In this document: one piece after another, positions 29,256 to 38,844 of the stretch
How positions within the stretch are numbered: position 1 is the first letter of the stretch
Layout of the letters: each line of letters starts with the position of its first letter
NCBI GenBank assembly: GCA_964645485.1
Contig: CAZXZO010000006.1
Coordinates: 1 to 62,697, forward strand
Direction: 5' to 3'
Origin: an uncultured Candidatus Poseidoniales archaeon
GTDB lineage: Archaea; Thermoplasmatota; Poseidoniia; Poseidoniales; Thalassarchaeaceae
DNA: 62,697 nucleotides
The notes under the pieces: model-generated
What the model was told of the DNA's origin: nothing
The model's input: the letters and a program-made list of their open reading frames with translations, nothing else
The model's database searches: none
Translations under genes and position numbers: made by a program

Positions 29256-29711
29256 TTACTCTACCATCAAGCGTAGTTGGTCGCGCTTGTAATTCCACTC
29301 AGCATCTAATTTACCATTTGACTGGTAATATTGGGCTGTGCGACGAATCTTGGATTCAACTAGATTGAGTTGGCGATTGTTATGCAAATCTTTCCGATTA
29401 TTCTCTAAATGGTCGATGATGCCCTGAGCCTTACGCATCATGTTCATCAATTCTTCAGGAACTGAACGAGTCTTGCCTGCTTCTTCAAGAACTGCGCCGA
29501 CAGACTTTCCGAGGAGTAATTTCACACTAGGAACGGAGTGCTGGTCACGTAGAATTGTACCTATCATAGCGTTTGAATTGCCTTGTTCATTCAATTCAAC
29601 AATGAGCGACTCAACCCTTGAAGCGTCTTGTTCAGACCACTCTGGTAAGTCACTAACATTTGGGCGTGTTGAGCCTGAACGACCCTTCCCACCACTGTGC
29701 ATTCGTCCCAT
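29256..29711 (-). CDS. rps15: 30S ribosomal protein S15 (S15P/S13e)
   Basis: MGRMHSGGKGRSGSTRP...IGTILRDQHSVP...LNLVESKIRRTAQYY...W.Y; true start at ATG 29711. Confidence 0.97.
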   Translation of the reverse strand: MGRMHSGGKGRSGSTRPNVSDLPEWSEQDASRVESLIVELNEQGNSNAMIGTILRDQHSVPSVKLLLGKSVGAVLEEAGKTRSVPEELMNMMRKAQGIIDHLENNRKDLHNNRQLNLVESKIRRTAQYYQSNGKLDAEWNYKRDQLRLMVE

Positions 29712-29761
29712 GATAACACCTTGAGCGAGCCGCCGACCTACTCCCCATTCATAACCGCTCC

Positions 29762-29778
29762 GCCTCTCTATGAGAGGC
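29762..29778. promoter_or_regulatory. 17-bp palindrome GCCTCTC-TAT-GAGAGGC between the arcS stop and the rps15 promoter
   Basis: Perfect 7-bp arms directly after the arcS stop and ~8 nt upstream of TTATGAA on the minus strand. Confidence 0.45.
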
Positions 29779-29779
29779 T

Positions 29780-31621
29780 TTACAGCCTGTGTTTGGTCTT
29801 TGCAACCCTTCCAGGGCTGCCGAAATATTCCCATTTTGCTGTCACGCTCCGAGCGCTGCCAAGCAGATTTCCGGCTCGGAAAAGCAACACTTCATCGCCC
29901 ACTCGGATGTCTCCAACCACCTTGCTAATCATAGGTGAGAACACATCGCCTTCTAACTTCGGACCATCCTCTAGATGCACTTCTGACAGGGTGCCACACT
30001 TTGCTAAACTAGGTAAAGTACCCTTTGGGAAAGCAAACCTTCCATCTTTGGGGTGCCACATTGCTAACTGCTGTTTTCCTTCAAGAATCTTCCAACGTGG
30101 GGGTTTTCCACCAACATGTGCATTTTCGAGCCATTCATCATTATGATGAAGCCAGCGAGAAATACTCCTCATTTTTATGAGCAATTGTTGTTTCTCATTC
30201 ATCCTATAATTCGGGTGAAATTTCTTAGCAGCATCATCTGATGCTTGTTTGAGTCTTGCAAGTGATTCATGGGAACCAGCACTCTCACCTTGCCTTGTAT
30301 CAATAATTTCAACACCAATTTCTTCGCTGTCAAAATTGATTCCACTGTGATTAATTATTCTCTTGTAACCATTGTTAGAGACTAGTGATTTGACACATTT
30401 TTGGATTGTTGCTAATTCATCGCCGTCCCATTCCCCGGTGACGGGAATATCGTAGTGTGAGGCCGGCCACAACTCCTCAAGTTCGCGCGGAACTACCCCC
30501 AGTGGTGAAGTGACCATTACTTCGTGAATTGGCCGGTGTCTAAGAGAACCACGGAAGCGTTTGTGAGATTGTGAAAACGAGTACGGTTTGCGAGCACTAC
30601 ATGGAAGCAGTACTAGAACCTCGGATTGCTCCGTAGGAGTTCGATACTCGGTAGTCATCCTTTGGATCCAATCAATGATTAAGGGGTCTTGGCGATTAAC
30701 TGGGTTGTGGCAACGCCATTTCATCCCATGGCTTACGAATCTACGCAACGGCGCGCCGTTGATTGAAATCTCACCTTTATCTCCAAGTTGTTGACTCATC
30801 AAGTTATCATGATAGCGAAGATGCTCAACTAATTTCGGTGAATTCAAAGAACGCTTTTCCACTAATTGACGCAGAGCCCCACTCTTGAGGGCAGATTTTA
30901 CCGCCGAAATCTCGCGTTTCCATTCATGATATTGGGCCTCAATGTTGGAATCTTCATCATATCCTTCATTTGGTTTTCTAGGCCCATCAGAAGTCAGCAA
31001 TAATCCCACTGATTCTGCTTGCCTTGAACGTGTGAAGTCATGTAAGTCAACACCAAACCAAGTGAGCAAAGCTAAGTTGTCTGGTCCACCCAAACCAGGG
31101 CACCATAACAAAGACGACGGGAAATGGGTTCTTAGGACTGCCAAAGCCGTAACCAATTTACCAGGATGGTTTGCCAATTGAATAGCATCAACCAGCGCAA
31201 TGATTTCCGGTTGTTCTGGTAGGTCCATTAATTCAGAATCATGTCTCAGTGTTTGCCAAGAGAGAGAAATAAGGCCTCCATTTGTACGCCCCCTTACTCC
31301 TGTGTCTGAAGCTTCTAATGACGGAGGTAAAATGTGGTTCATTTGACAGAACCATTTAGGCGATTCGTTGTCAAATGGCATTGCCATTGCCCCTCTTCCT
31401 GTAATTGTCAAAGTTGCAGGCAGATAACTGCTATCATATTCTACAACGAATGGCATCAAATTTGTGCTGATATTGAGTTGAGAATCGTCAATTGTTGTGC
31501 CAATTAGGGCCGGAGTGATGCATAATGGATTCTTGCGGTCACCCAAAGCCATCATGCGCGCATGTCGCAATCTTTCGGCCACCGTACGGCCCAGTGTTGA
31601 ATCAGTCACGAAGGGCGCCAC
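29780..31621 (-). CDS. arcS: Archaeosine synthase ArcS (TgtA2) with C-terminal PUA domain
   Basis: TGT-like N-terminal region, LLPCSARKPYSFSQSHKRF, VTSPLGVVPRELE, YDIPVTGEW and PUA-like VFSPMI...IRVGDEV. Confidence 0.88.
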   Translation of the reverse strand: MAPFVTDSTLGRTVAERLRHARMMALGDRKNPLCITPALIGTTIDDSQLNISTNLMPFVVEYDSSYLPATLTITGRGAMAMPFDNESPKWFCQMNHILPPSLEASDTGVRGRTNGGLISLSWQTLRHDSELMDLPEQPEIIALVDAIQLANHPGKLVTALAVLRTHFPSSLLWCPGLGGPDNLALLTWFGVDLHDFTRSRQAESVGLLLTSDGPRKPNEGYDEDSNIEAQYHEWKREISAVKSALKSGALRQLVEKRSLNSPKLVEHLRYHDNLMSQQLGDKGEISINGAPLRRFVSHGMKWRCHNPVNRQDPLIIDWIQRMTTEYRTPTEQSEVLVLLPCSARKPYSFSQSHKRFRGSLRHRPIHEVMVTSPLGVVPRELEELWPASHYDIPVTGEWDGDELATIQKCVKSLVSNNGYKRIINHSGINFDSEEIGVEIIDTRQGESAGSHESLARLKQASDDAAKKFHPNYRMNEKQQLLIKMRSISRWLHHNDEWLENAHVGGKPPRWKILEGKQQLAMWHPKDGRFAFPKGTLPSLAKCGTLSEVHLEDGPKLEGDVFSPMISKVVGDIRVGDEVLLFRAGNLLGSARSVTAKWEYFGSPGRVAKTKHRL

Positions 31622-31634
31622 CTATGCGCTATAA

Positions 31635-33899
31635 TTGAATGATTCTAAATGCCGAGGGGCTCGCCCAATAAATGTGAGACGACTCACAATAGCCTGCGCA
31701 CTCGCGATTGTGCTCTTACTAAGTAGCATGCCAGCGACACCTGAATTACCGCCAATTGACACTCAAGATTTCTCTTCAAACGTTGAACTGAGTGAGGGAG
31801 AGATGGTTTGGAGTGAAACATTTTATGTACGTGGTAGTCCATTTTGGGTTGCAGTAGATTGTCCGTCAGAAACTGATTGTGAACAGTTAAATCTCACTGT
31901 GACGGACTCTTGGGGGTCAGAATTTAGCACATCGGGCCGCTTCCATTTAGAATTGAGTGGGGATCTCAGTGCCGGTCTAACCACAATTCAAATTACACGT
32001 GAAGGATTGACTAACCAAGAATTACTTGTTTCACGAATCTTCTTTGACCTCGCTAATGGCGAATTTGTTGACACACCTCAACAATTACCTAACCCGGCAG
32101 AAAGCACTGATGATTGGCGTTTGATTGACTTGGAAGGATGTAACACTCTCAGCGATTGTGGAGCCTTAAACCGTGACATCATAGATGATTCAGCTGTGTG
32201 GTGGAATGGCTCTCTTGATTCGGCAGAAGATGCTGATAACTTTCAACTCAATGCAAGTGAAGGCGATGTTATAGAAATAGAATTCTCAGCCTTCTCAAAT
32301 GACGTTTTTATTGAATTTTGGAGCCGAACTAGTAACGACCTCCAACTGATATCTCAGCATCAATTCATGGCAGGCTCAAGTAATCCCTCTGAAAGATTAC
32401 TGGTTGAAGTCCAAGATGATGAAATCTGGGTTTCAGTATATTCTGCAAGTAATCAACCAGCGTTGTATTCACTCCGGTTTGCAAGTCATTTAGCAGATCT
32501 TGAAACATCTTTTGGAGAAACCTCATCCGAACCTTGGGTTGCTCCGACTATTGTGGATGAAACAATGTCGGGTCATCTAACTACTGATGATAGTGGTGAT
32601 ACTATCCGGTTAAATGCAGGTTCGCGAAGTCAATTCATAGTTGACTGGACATTATCAAGTCCCGCTGATGTCCTTTTCACCTCAAGGATTGGAACATGGA
32701 GCACTAGTCACTCTGAATCTAATCTCAGTGGTAGTATGCTATACACTGTCCCAGCAAATGCAGATGCGGCTGCAATCACTTTCACCAACGCAAGTGAGCC
32801 CCTCATTTGGACTTTGACAACCACTTCTCTTGGCCCAAATGATGGTGCTTCTCTAGGTGACGCATCAGATAATCATCCAACTGGAGAAGCGGATACCCTC
32901 GACTGGCTGATTATGCAATCTGAATCTGGTTCTACTACCGGTACGATTGGAGGTGAAGATATACGAGATGTGTACCTCATTGAGAGAGAAATCGGCCACC
33001 CTTACCGAAGTATATTGACTGCTACCATCGAATCTGACCCGGGTACTTGTGTGCTCAAACTGGTTCAACTCAATACAACTGCTTACAATAGCTGGACAAC
33101 AATTTCATGGAATCTTACAGAAATGCAAGGACAACAAGCAACTACAACCCTTGACTTACCGCATGGTAGACACCTGTTGGTGGTAGAGACAAACATCACA
33201 TCTGAAGTAGATTATACAATTGAATGGGCATGGTTAACTCCTGTAGAAGATGAACCAACTGATGGAAATTGGATTGATTATTCTAATGAAGAAAAAAGGT
33301 TTTACATTTTAATTGGATTATTATTGTTATCACCTATGATGGTGGTTATCTATTGGCGAATGAAAGGAGATGGAGAACTTCAGATCGAAGCACATGAGAA
33401 ACGCAGGTTGATGCGATTGCGCCAGCGATTAATTGCTGCTGACCCTTCAAATCTAAAAGACCCGAATGCTTTACTTCACGCGCTTGAATCACTGGCTGAC
33501 ACAGACTGGAATGCGCTAGTTATGGAGTGGGGTGAACCTCTCACGCGACACACAACCCAATCTCTTGACCTGATTGTATGGGGTTTGACTTCAGAGGAAG
33601 GTGAGCGATCTGTAACAGTTGGTCTGAGACTTCTATCAGAAGAATGGACATTAGCTGCAATTCGATTCCAGGCTGTTGAAGGCAGCGAATGGAGAGTCAC
33701 CTCAGTGAGCCCTGAATCCTTGTTTGATGGCGACGAAGTTTTCCTAGGAGATTTGAAGGCAAAAACAAATCAGTTCCTACGAATTGATTTGCAAGGAGAT
33801 GCGGATGGCTTCGATTTGATTCTCTCAGGATTGGTTGGCGGCAAACCAGTTGCAGCAATCCCAACCAAAGCAGTCCTAAATTCCTTAGAAGAGGAATAG
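31635..33899 (+). CDS. Secreted single-pass protein with three PPC-like beta-sandwich repeats and a folded cytoplasmic domain
   Basis: Signal peptide; repeats GSLDSAEDADNFQL, GHLTTDDSGDTIRL and GTIGGEDIRDVYLI; TM segment FYILIGLLLLSPMMVVIYW; ~170-aa non-low-complexity C-terminal region. Confidence 0.7.
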   Translation: MNDSKCRGARPINVRRLTIACALAIVLLLSSMPATPELPPIDTQDFSSNVELSEGEMVWSETFYVRGSPFWVAVDCPSETDCEQLNLTVTDSWGSEFSTSGRFHLELSGDLSAGLTTIQITREGLTNQELLVSRIFFDLANGEFVDTPQQLPNPAESTDDWRLIDLEGCNTLSDCGALNRDIIDDSAVWWNGSLDSAEDADNFQLNASEGDVIEIEFSAFSNDVFIEFWSRTSNDLQLISQHQFMAGSSNPSERLLVEVQDDEIWVSVYSASNQPALYSLRFASHLADLETSFGETSSEPWVAPTIVDETMSGHLTTDDSGDTIRLNAGSRSQFIVDWTLSSPADVLFTSRIGTWSTSHSESNLSGSMLYTVPANADAAAITFTNASEPLIWTLTTTSLGPNDGASLGDASDNHPTGEADTLDWLIMQSESGSTTGTIGGEDIRDVYLIEREIGHPYRSILTATIESDPGTCVLKLVQLNTTAYNSWTTISWNLTEMQGQQATTTLDLPHGRHLLVVETNITSEVDYTIEWAWLTPVEDEPTDGNWIDYSNEEKRFYILIGLLLLSPMMVVIYWRMKGDGELQIEAHEKRRLMRLRQRLIAADPSNLKDPNALLHALESLADTDWNALVMEWGEPLTRHTTQSLDLIVWGLTSEEGERSVTVGLRLLSEEWTLAAIRFQAVEGSEWRVTSVSPESLFDGDEVFLGDLKAKTNQFLRIDLQGDADGFDLILSGLVGGKPVAAIPTKAVLNSLEEE

Positions 33900-33922
33900 G
33901 CTAGTTCCCATAAATCGAAGAA

Positions 33923-35071
33923 TTATCTCAGACCACGTCTTGATTTTGCTTCTTTGCGGACTAAATCCTCGACTGAATCTAAATCAATACCGATTTCATC
34001 TTGTAAACCCTCAATCTGCTTCTTCACATTTTTTGATAGTTTTGATGGGACAAACAACTTCAGTAGCACAGTTACGCTCCCTCTGCCTCTACCACGAGAG
34101 CGAGGGAAACCTCGGTTTTTCACCTCTAATGTGTCACCAGGGATTGAGCCTGCGGGAACATCAATTTTGATCTCTTTGCCATCAATATGTGGTAGCGAAA
34201 TGGATGTACCAAGAAGTAATTCTGGATATCCTAATGGAAGTGCCATTAGAAGGTCTGAGCCATCTCTTTCGTACCAGTCATGGTCCTCAATGTGAACCTG
34301 AATGTATAGGTCGCCCGGATTACCACCACCTCCTCGCAGTGGTTCTCCTCGGCCACCCATCCTCATTCGAGTACCATCAGAAATTCCGGCTGGGATTGAA
34401 AATCGGATGGTCTGTTTTTTCTTTTCCCTTCCTTCACCTCTACAGGGTTTGCAGGGATCTGTGATTTTTCTCCCTCGACCATTACAATCGGGGCAATCTG
34501 TCACCATTTGTTGAATAAATGGTCCAATTTTTCGGTTCTGTGTCACTTGACCTTGACCTGAACAGGTGCCACAAGTCTTGACCCCATCGGGGCTTGCTGC
34601 TGCTCGACCTTCACAAACCTCACAAATAACAAGCAGTTTTGCTTCCAATTCAGTTTCTCCTCCTAACATCGCTGTCTCCATTGCGATAGAATGCCGGATG
34701 AGAACATCATTTCCGCGGGAAGTGCGATGGCTTGCCCCCCCACCTGCACCAAAAAATTGGGAGAAGACGGAGTCAAATCCACCACTGAATAAATCATCCA
34801 TGGAGATATTTACGCCTTGGAATCCACCGCTTCCAAACGGATTTCCACCTGGGGAATCATGTCCAAATGTGTCATAATTCCGACGCTGTTGAGGATTTGA
34901 TAAAACGGCGTAGGCTTCTTGAATTTCCTTAAATCGACTTTCAGCCCCAGAATCATCAGGGTTCTTGTCTGGGTGATTTTTTCTCGCCAAAGTTCGAAAC
35001 GCTTTCTTCAACTCTGCATCGCTAGCATCTCTGCTGACTTCCAAGACTTCGTAGTAGTCTCGCTTCGCCAT
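33923..35071 (-). CDS. dnaJ: Molecular chaperone DnaJ
   Basis: J-domain with HPD, G/F region and four CxxCxGx(G/A) repeats; start at ATG 35071 ([10 protein letters not shown]). Confidence 0.97.
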   Translation of the reverse strand: MAKRDYYEVLEVSRDASDAELKKAFRTLARKNHPDKNPDDSGAESRFKEIQEAYAVLSNPQQRRNYDTFGHDSPGGNPFGSGGFQGVNISMDDLFSGGFDSVFSQFFGAGGGASHRTSRGNDVLIRHSIAMETAMLGGETELEAKLLVICEVCEGRAAASPDGVKTCGTCSGQGQVTQNRKIGPFIQQMVTDCPDCNGRGRKITDPCKPCRGEGREKKKQTIRFSIPAGISDGTRMRMGGRGEPLRGGGGNPGDLYIQVHIEDHDWYERDGSDLLMALPLGYPELLLGTSISLPHIDGKEIKIDVPAGSIPGDTLEVKNRGFPRSRGRGRGSVTVLLKLFVPSKLSKNVKKQIEGLQDEIGIDLDSVEDLVRKEAKSRRGLR

Positions 35072-35142
35072 GACCCCATCACCAATTGCTCGCTGACTGC
35101 CCACCTGTTTTGAATCTGACCATCATACAAAATGAGACAGAG

Positions 35143-36000
35143 TTAGGTTAGTGAAGAACCACAACTAGCACAGACACCTTTGCCGACAGGATTTCTAGCC
35201 CCACAGTCCAAACAAATTTTGGTTTCACGGCCAACTGACTTACCACCACCAATGGATGCCCCAAGGTCATCAAACAACTTGTCTTCTCGGGTAATTCCCG
35301 CAGCACCCATTTGACCACCACCAACTTCTGGTTTTGGCTTGGGTTTTGGTTTTGGTTTCGGCTTTGGCTGAGGTTTTGGTTCTGGCTTTGGCTTCTTTTG
35401 CTTGGCTAATCGTTCATCTTCAGCATTCAACTGCGCCATCATATCGTCAACATCAGTTTGACCTGAGCCCGATGCTTTCATCATTTCAATAGCAGCACCT
35501 GACATTTTCGCCATTACGTCAGTATCTCCTGCCATTCGTGCAGATGAACGTCTAACGTGCTCTTCATCGTGGAACATTTGCACCTCTTCTTTTGGCTTAT
35601 CATCCCCAATCTCACCGGTACGCTTTTCGCGAAGAATTTCATTGACTTTTCGCCCTTGAATAAGGTCTTTGTCACTTGCTTGATATCCTTCTGCGTCCCT
35701 TTCAAGCCCAGCCATTGCAGAATCAGCCTTACCCCACAATCCTTGATCTTCAGCCTTGTATGCTTTGCCTAATCTCTTGATATTCTTTACTCTGTGAAAT
35801 TCATGGTCTCTTTCTCTTCTAGAACGCTTGAATAAAAATAATCCGAGTATTAAGGCAAAACCGTAGTATGTGCCAATTTGCCAGTTCTCAACTAGAACTA
35901 AGTCAACAGCAGGAATAATTCTGCCAATTAACCCTGCAATGATTAAGGGAATCAACAGAATAGCCCACGAATTTAGGCTGTTTTTGTCAGCATCAGCCAT
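35143..36000 (-). CDS. Membrane protein with 2 N-terminal TM helices, (PK)n linker and C-terminal double Zn ribbon
   Basis: Two hydrophobic segments; KPKPEPKPQPKPKPKPKPKPE; CLDCGARNPVGKGVCASCG. Confidence 0.7.
   Translation of the reverse strand: MADADKNSLNSWAILLIPLIIAGLIGRIIPAVDLVLVENWQIGTYYGFALILGLFLFKRSRRERDHEFHRVKNIKRLGKAYKAEDQGLWGKADSAMAGLERDAEGYQASDKDLIQGRKVNEILREKRTGEIGDDKPKEEVQMFHDEEHVRRSSARMAGDTDVMAKMSGAAIEMMKASGSGQTDVDDMMAQLNAEDERLAKQKKPKPEPKPQPKPKPKPKPKPKPEVGGGQMGAAGITREDKLFDDLGASIGGGKSVGRETKICLDCGARNPVGKGVCASCGSSLT
35329..35394. repeat. Hexanucleotide microsatellite-like tract encoding (Pro-Lys)n
   Basis: About 11 imperfect ggtttt/ggcttt units. Confidence 0.75.
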
Positions 36001-36071
36001 GGCTACCAAAGGGTTGGACAATGCAACATGGGTTCAATGTTACCCACACTTGCTAAGAACTATTTGATGGG

Positions 36072-37139
36072 CTACTTGCTGACTCGGTCTTTCGCGGCTC
36101 GACCCTTTCTGAACAATCCATCGAGCAATCCTGCACTGAAAGTAATGTGGAGTAAAAACAACATTATCGGCACACCGACAATCAAACTTGGTTGAGAACG
36201 GGTAAAAGACTCTAGCAGCCCGTGTAGGATCAACACAACTGAATATGCTGCCACAGGAATCTGCCAAGCAGGGTATCCGCTTATCGCTATGTCAGACCAG
36301 CACAATGCTAGAGTGGTCAGTAACCCAATCCACGGCAGAAACTCCAGAAATGACGCTCTTTGAGGGGTTTTACGTAGATGTTTAGTACGCCAAAAACCGT
36401 AGCGATGGCCAAATCGGAGCCATCCGATAACGGAAGTCCGTTTGGCCATGTGACAATATGATGCGTCTGAGCGCCACAGGCTCCAACCCTGGCCGTCAAG
36501 ACGCATGTTTAGTTCAGAATCCTGTGTGGTGATGAATTCGGGATTCCAGCCGCCGACCGCATCTAACGCGGCTCGGCGGTACAAAGTAAATGGGGGAATT
36601 CTAGTTCTTTGACAACCTGAAAATTGAGCAAACTGACCCCGCCCGCTAGCCAACGGATTCTGTAATGTAGCCTCAATCCAACGGCCCATCATTTTGAGAG
36701 GTTGGTCACTTTCTTTGACAAGAGTACCTATTCCAGCAATTTTTTTGCCATCAGCACCCAGTTCTTCTTCCAATTCTTCAAATTCAATCATTCGTGATTC
36801 AATATGCTTTGGTGGAATCCAAACATGACCAATCATCTCGAGCACATGAGTTGCCTCGTCAGGCAATTGTTCTAGACTGAGATTTCTAGCCTCAGCAACG
36901 AAACGGTCTGGATTATCAAGCAGCAAAATTTCGGGTCCGCCTTCAGCAGCAGATTTTTTTGCCAATTCTTGTATGATTTCACGCGTTCCATCATCACTGC
37001 CTCCATCAACAACATGTATCAAATGCTGTTTTGCAGGCCAAGTCTGAGCAATCAAAGATAACAGACATCGCTCAATATGATTCGCCTCCTGAAAGGTCGG
37101 AATCACGGTTACAACATACGGCTCTGCCATCTGACTCAC
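36072..37139 (-). CDS. GT2-family glycosyltransferase (ExoA-like) with C-terminal TM helices
   Basis: VVIPTFQEANHIERCL, HVVDGGSDDGTR, GGWNPEFITTQDSELNMRL and a hydrophobic C-terminus. Confidence 0.88.
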   Translation of the reverse strand: MSQMAEPYVVTVIPTFQEANHIERCLLSLIAQTWPAKQHLIHVVDGGSDDGTREIIQELAKKSAAEGGPEILLLDNPDRFVAEARNLSLEQLPDEATHVLEMIGHVWIPPKHIESRMIEFEELEEELGADGKKIAGIGTLVKESDQPLKMMGRWIEATLQNPLASGRGQFAQFSGCQRTRIPPFTLYRRAALDAVGGWNPEFITTQDSELNMRLDGQGWSLWRSDASYCHMAKRTSVIGWLRFGHRYGFWRTKHLRKTPQRASFLEFLPWIGLLTTLALCWSDIAISGYPAWQIPVAAYSVVLILHGLLESFTRSQPSLIVGVPIMLFLLHITFSAGLLDGLFRKGRAAKDRVSK

Positions 37140-37223
37140 CCACTGCTGTTTGCCTATTGTCTGTCAATCTTACCACTACTCAAGCGATAGAGTTCATCAT
37201 CTAACCACTCTTCCCAACTTACG

Positions 37224-37724
37224 ATGAGTTCTCCATACGCAGTGGTTTGCACGACAATCCGCCCTTCCGACCACGCCCCAAGTGTTGCTGATTCTCTAAG
37301 CACCCTTTTCCCAGAACTTGAACCACCGGAGTACACAGAAAGTGAATTCCCAGTTACTGAAGGAGAAATTAAATGGGAGTTTGAGGAAGTTGACCTTAGT
37401 AAATTCCTTGAACGTATATCCGAATTGAGAATTCTTGATACTGCGCTAGACGCCATGGGCGCAAACTTATATGAAAATGAAACCATTTTTTCCCTCTCTC
37501 GCCAAGCTGCGCTGGCAGGAAAGGTCGCTTTTGTCCTAAATAATGAAAAATCGCTTGGCGGTACAATTGATGTCACCTTGCGTGGAGACAACTTAGCCGC
37601 TTGGATAGAAGAATCTACTTGGCATGAAGGCAGAATTGAGTATCCTCGCTCACTGAGTGATGATTGGTCAATGCACAAAGATGGAGAAGTCAGCGATTGG
37701 GTTGATGGTAATTCAGAGCGATAA
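37224..37724 (+). CDS. UPF0201/DUF54-family predicted RNA-binding protein
   Basis: TIRPSD...VADSLSTLFP, RILDTA and LSRQAALAGKVAF match the family pattern (PTED..KV..A..N.FP; LNKQAA..G.V.F). Confidence 0.7.
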   Translation: MSSPYAVVCTTIRPSDHAPSVADSLSTLFPELEPPEYTESEFPVTEGEIKWEFEEVDLSKFLERISELRILDTALDAMGANLYENETIFSLSRQAALAGKVAFVLNNEKSLGGTIDVTLRGDNLAAWIEESTWHEGRIEYPRSLSDDWSMHKDGEVSDWVDGNSER

Positions 37725-37732
37725 AAGCGGAA

Positions 37733-38797
37733 TCACAGGTTTTCAATGCCTCGTTCTTTTATTCGCTTGACAAATTCTACATCTGGTGGAAGCCATTCTA
37801 CATCCATCAATTCATCTTGGGAGAGCCAGCGGTTTTCATCGTGAGAAGTCATCACCGCGGGAGGTAATTCACCCTCTGATTCACATAAGAAAAAGGTCAG
37901 ATGAACAACCATTTCTGGCCAAGCATGGGAATACTCTTCACACACGTGAACTGGCTTGATGTGCCACCCTAATTCTTCGAGATACTCTCGGCTAATGGCT
38001 TGCTCTTTACTCTCCCCTTGTTCGACCTTCCCGCCAGGGAATTCCCAGTAACCCCCCATGTATTCCTTAGATGCCCTTCGTGCTGCGAGTAGGCGGTTAT
38101 TTTCATCTCTTAACATACCGCCAACAACTTGCATCTGAGGCCTCTGAACAGAGACGGCAATAATTCGTTTTACGAAAGAAATTTGAGTTTCTAGAGGGAT
38201 TTTATCGGCTGGCGGTAGATGAACAAATAATACAGGTATGACTCGCTTCATCCTGTCCTTCAATTCAATTTCCTCAACTGCTTGCAATGTTGAGAAATAT
38301 GTTTCATTACAAATGAAACGCCCCGGGTCTTCACTCTTACAGATTAACTCTTCATCACCTAATTCAGCCATTAACAAATTCATCGGGGCTGTCGAATGCC
38401 GCAGGTTATGCCCCCCATCAGTGATGGCACCACCCGATACTTGACGGCCACTATTATCAGCGATACGAAATTCCAGCTCATTGTAGGCCGTGGCCTCTAA
38501 GGAGATTACATCTCGATTTTCAGCCAATCCTAAATGGATGATTGCTTGAGGCATGGGGTCGACAGGATCAGCAATCTTTGAGGCAATTACTTCACTGCCT
38601 GATTTGTCAACAGTTAGAATCTGGGATTTGATTTCAACCTCAATCTCACGTTGCTCTGCTTTCATCGGATTAAGTGAAGGACCAATTGATATCACATCAT
38701 TGAAATCCGCCATATGCTCAGCAATTTGTTGCGAAATATTTGTCTTGTGCTCCCCAAACGGCTCGAATCCAGTCAACCACACTTCGACCACTCTCAC
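37733..38797 (-). CDS. Pyroglutamyl-peptidase I (C15) fused to a MutT-like NUDIX hydrolase
   Basis: N-domain: LTGFEPFG, HLGL...ISLE, DPGRFICNETYF and FVHLP. C-domain: YWEFPGGKVEQGESKEQAISREYLEELG Nudix box. Single uninterrupted frame. Confidence 0.88.
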   Translation of the reverse strand: MRVVEVWLTGFEPFGEHKTNISQQIAEHMADFNDVISIGPSLNPMKAEQREIEVEIKSQILTVDKSGSEVIASKIADPVDPMPQAIIHLGLAENRDVISLEATAYNELEFRIADNSGRQVSGGAITDGGHNLRHSTAPMNLLMAELGDEELICKSEDPGRFICNETYFSTLQAVEEIELKDRMKRVIPVLFVHLPPADKIPLETQISFVKRIIAVSVQRPQMQVVGGMLRDENNRLLAARRASKEYMGGYWEFPGGKVEQGESKEQAISREYLEELGWHIKPVHVCEEYSHAWPEMVVHLTFFLCESEGELPPAVMTSHDENRWLSQDELMDVEWLPPDVEFVKRIKERGIENL

Positions 38798-38844
38798 TCA
38801 CCCTCACAATCGTCCTAATTGTAGGGGATGGCAGGGTATCCATT

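Noticed and set aside
33923-35071. dnaJ without dnaK/grpE as an anomaly
   Set aside because: The partners may simply be elsewhere in the genome; nothing in the sequence suggests disruption.
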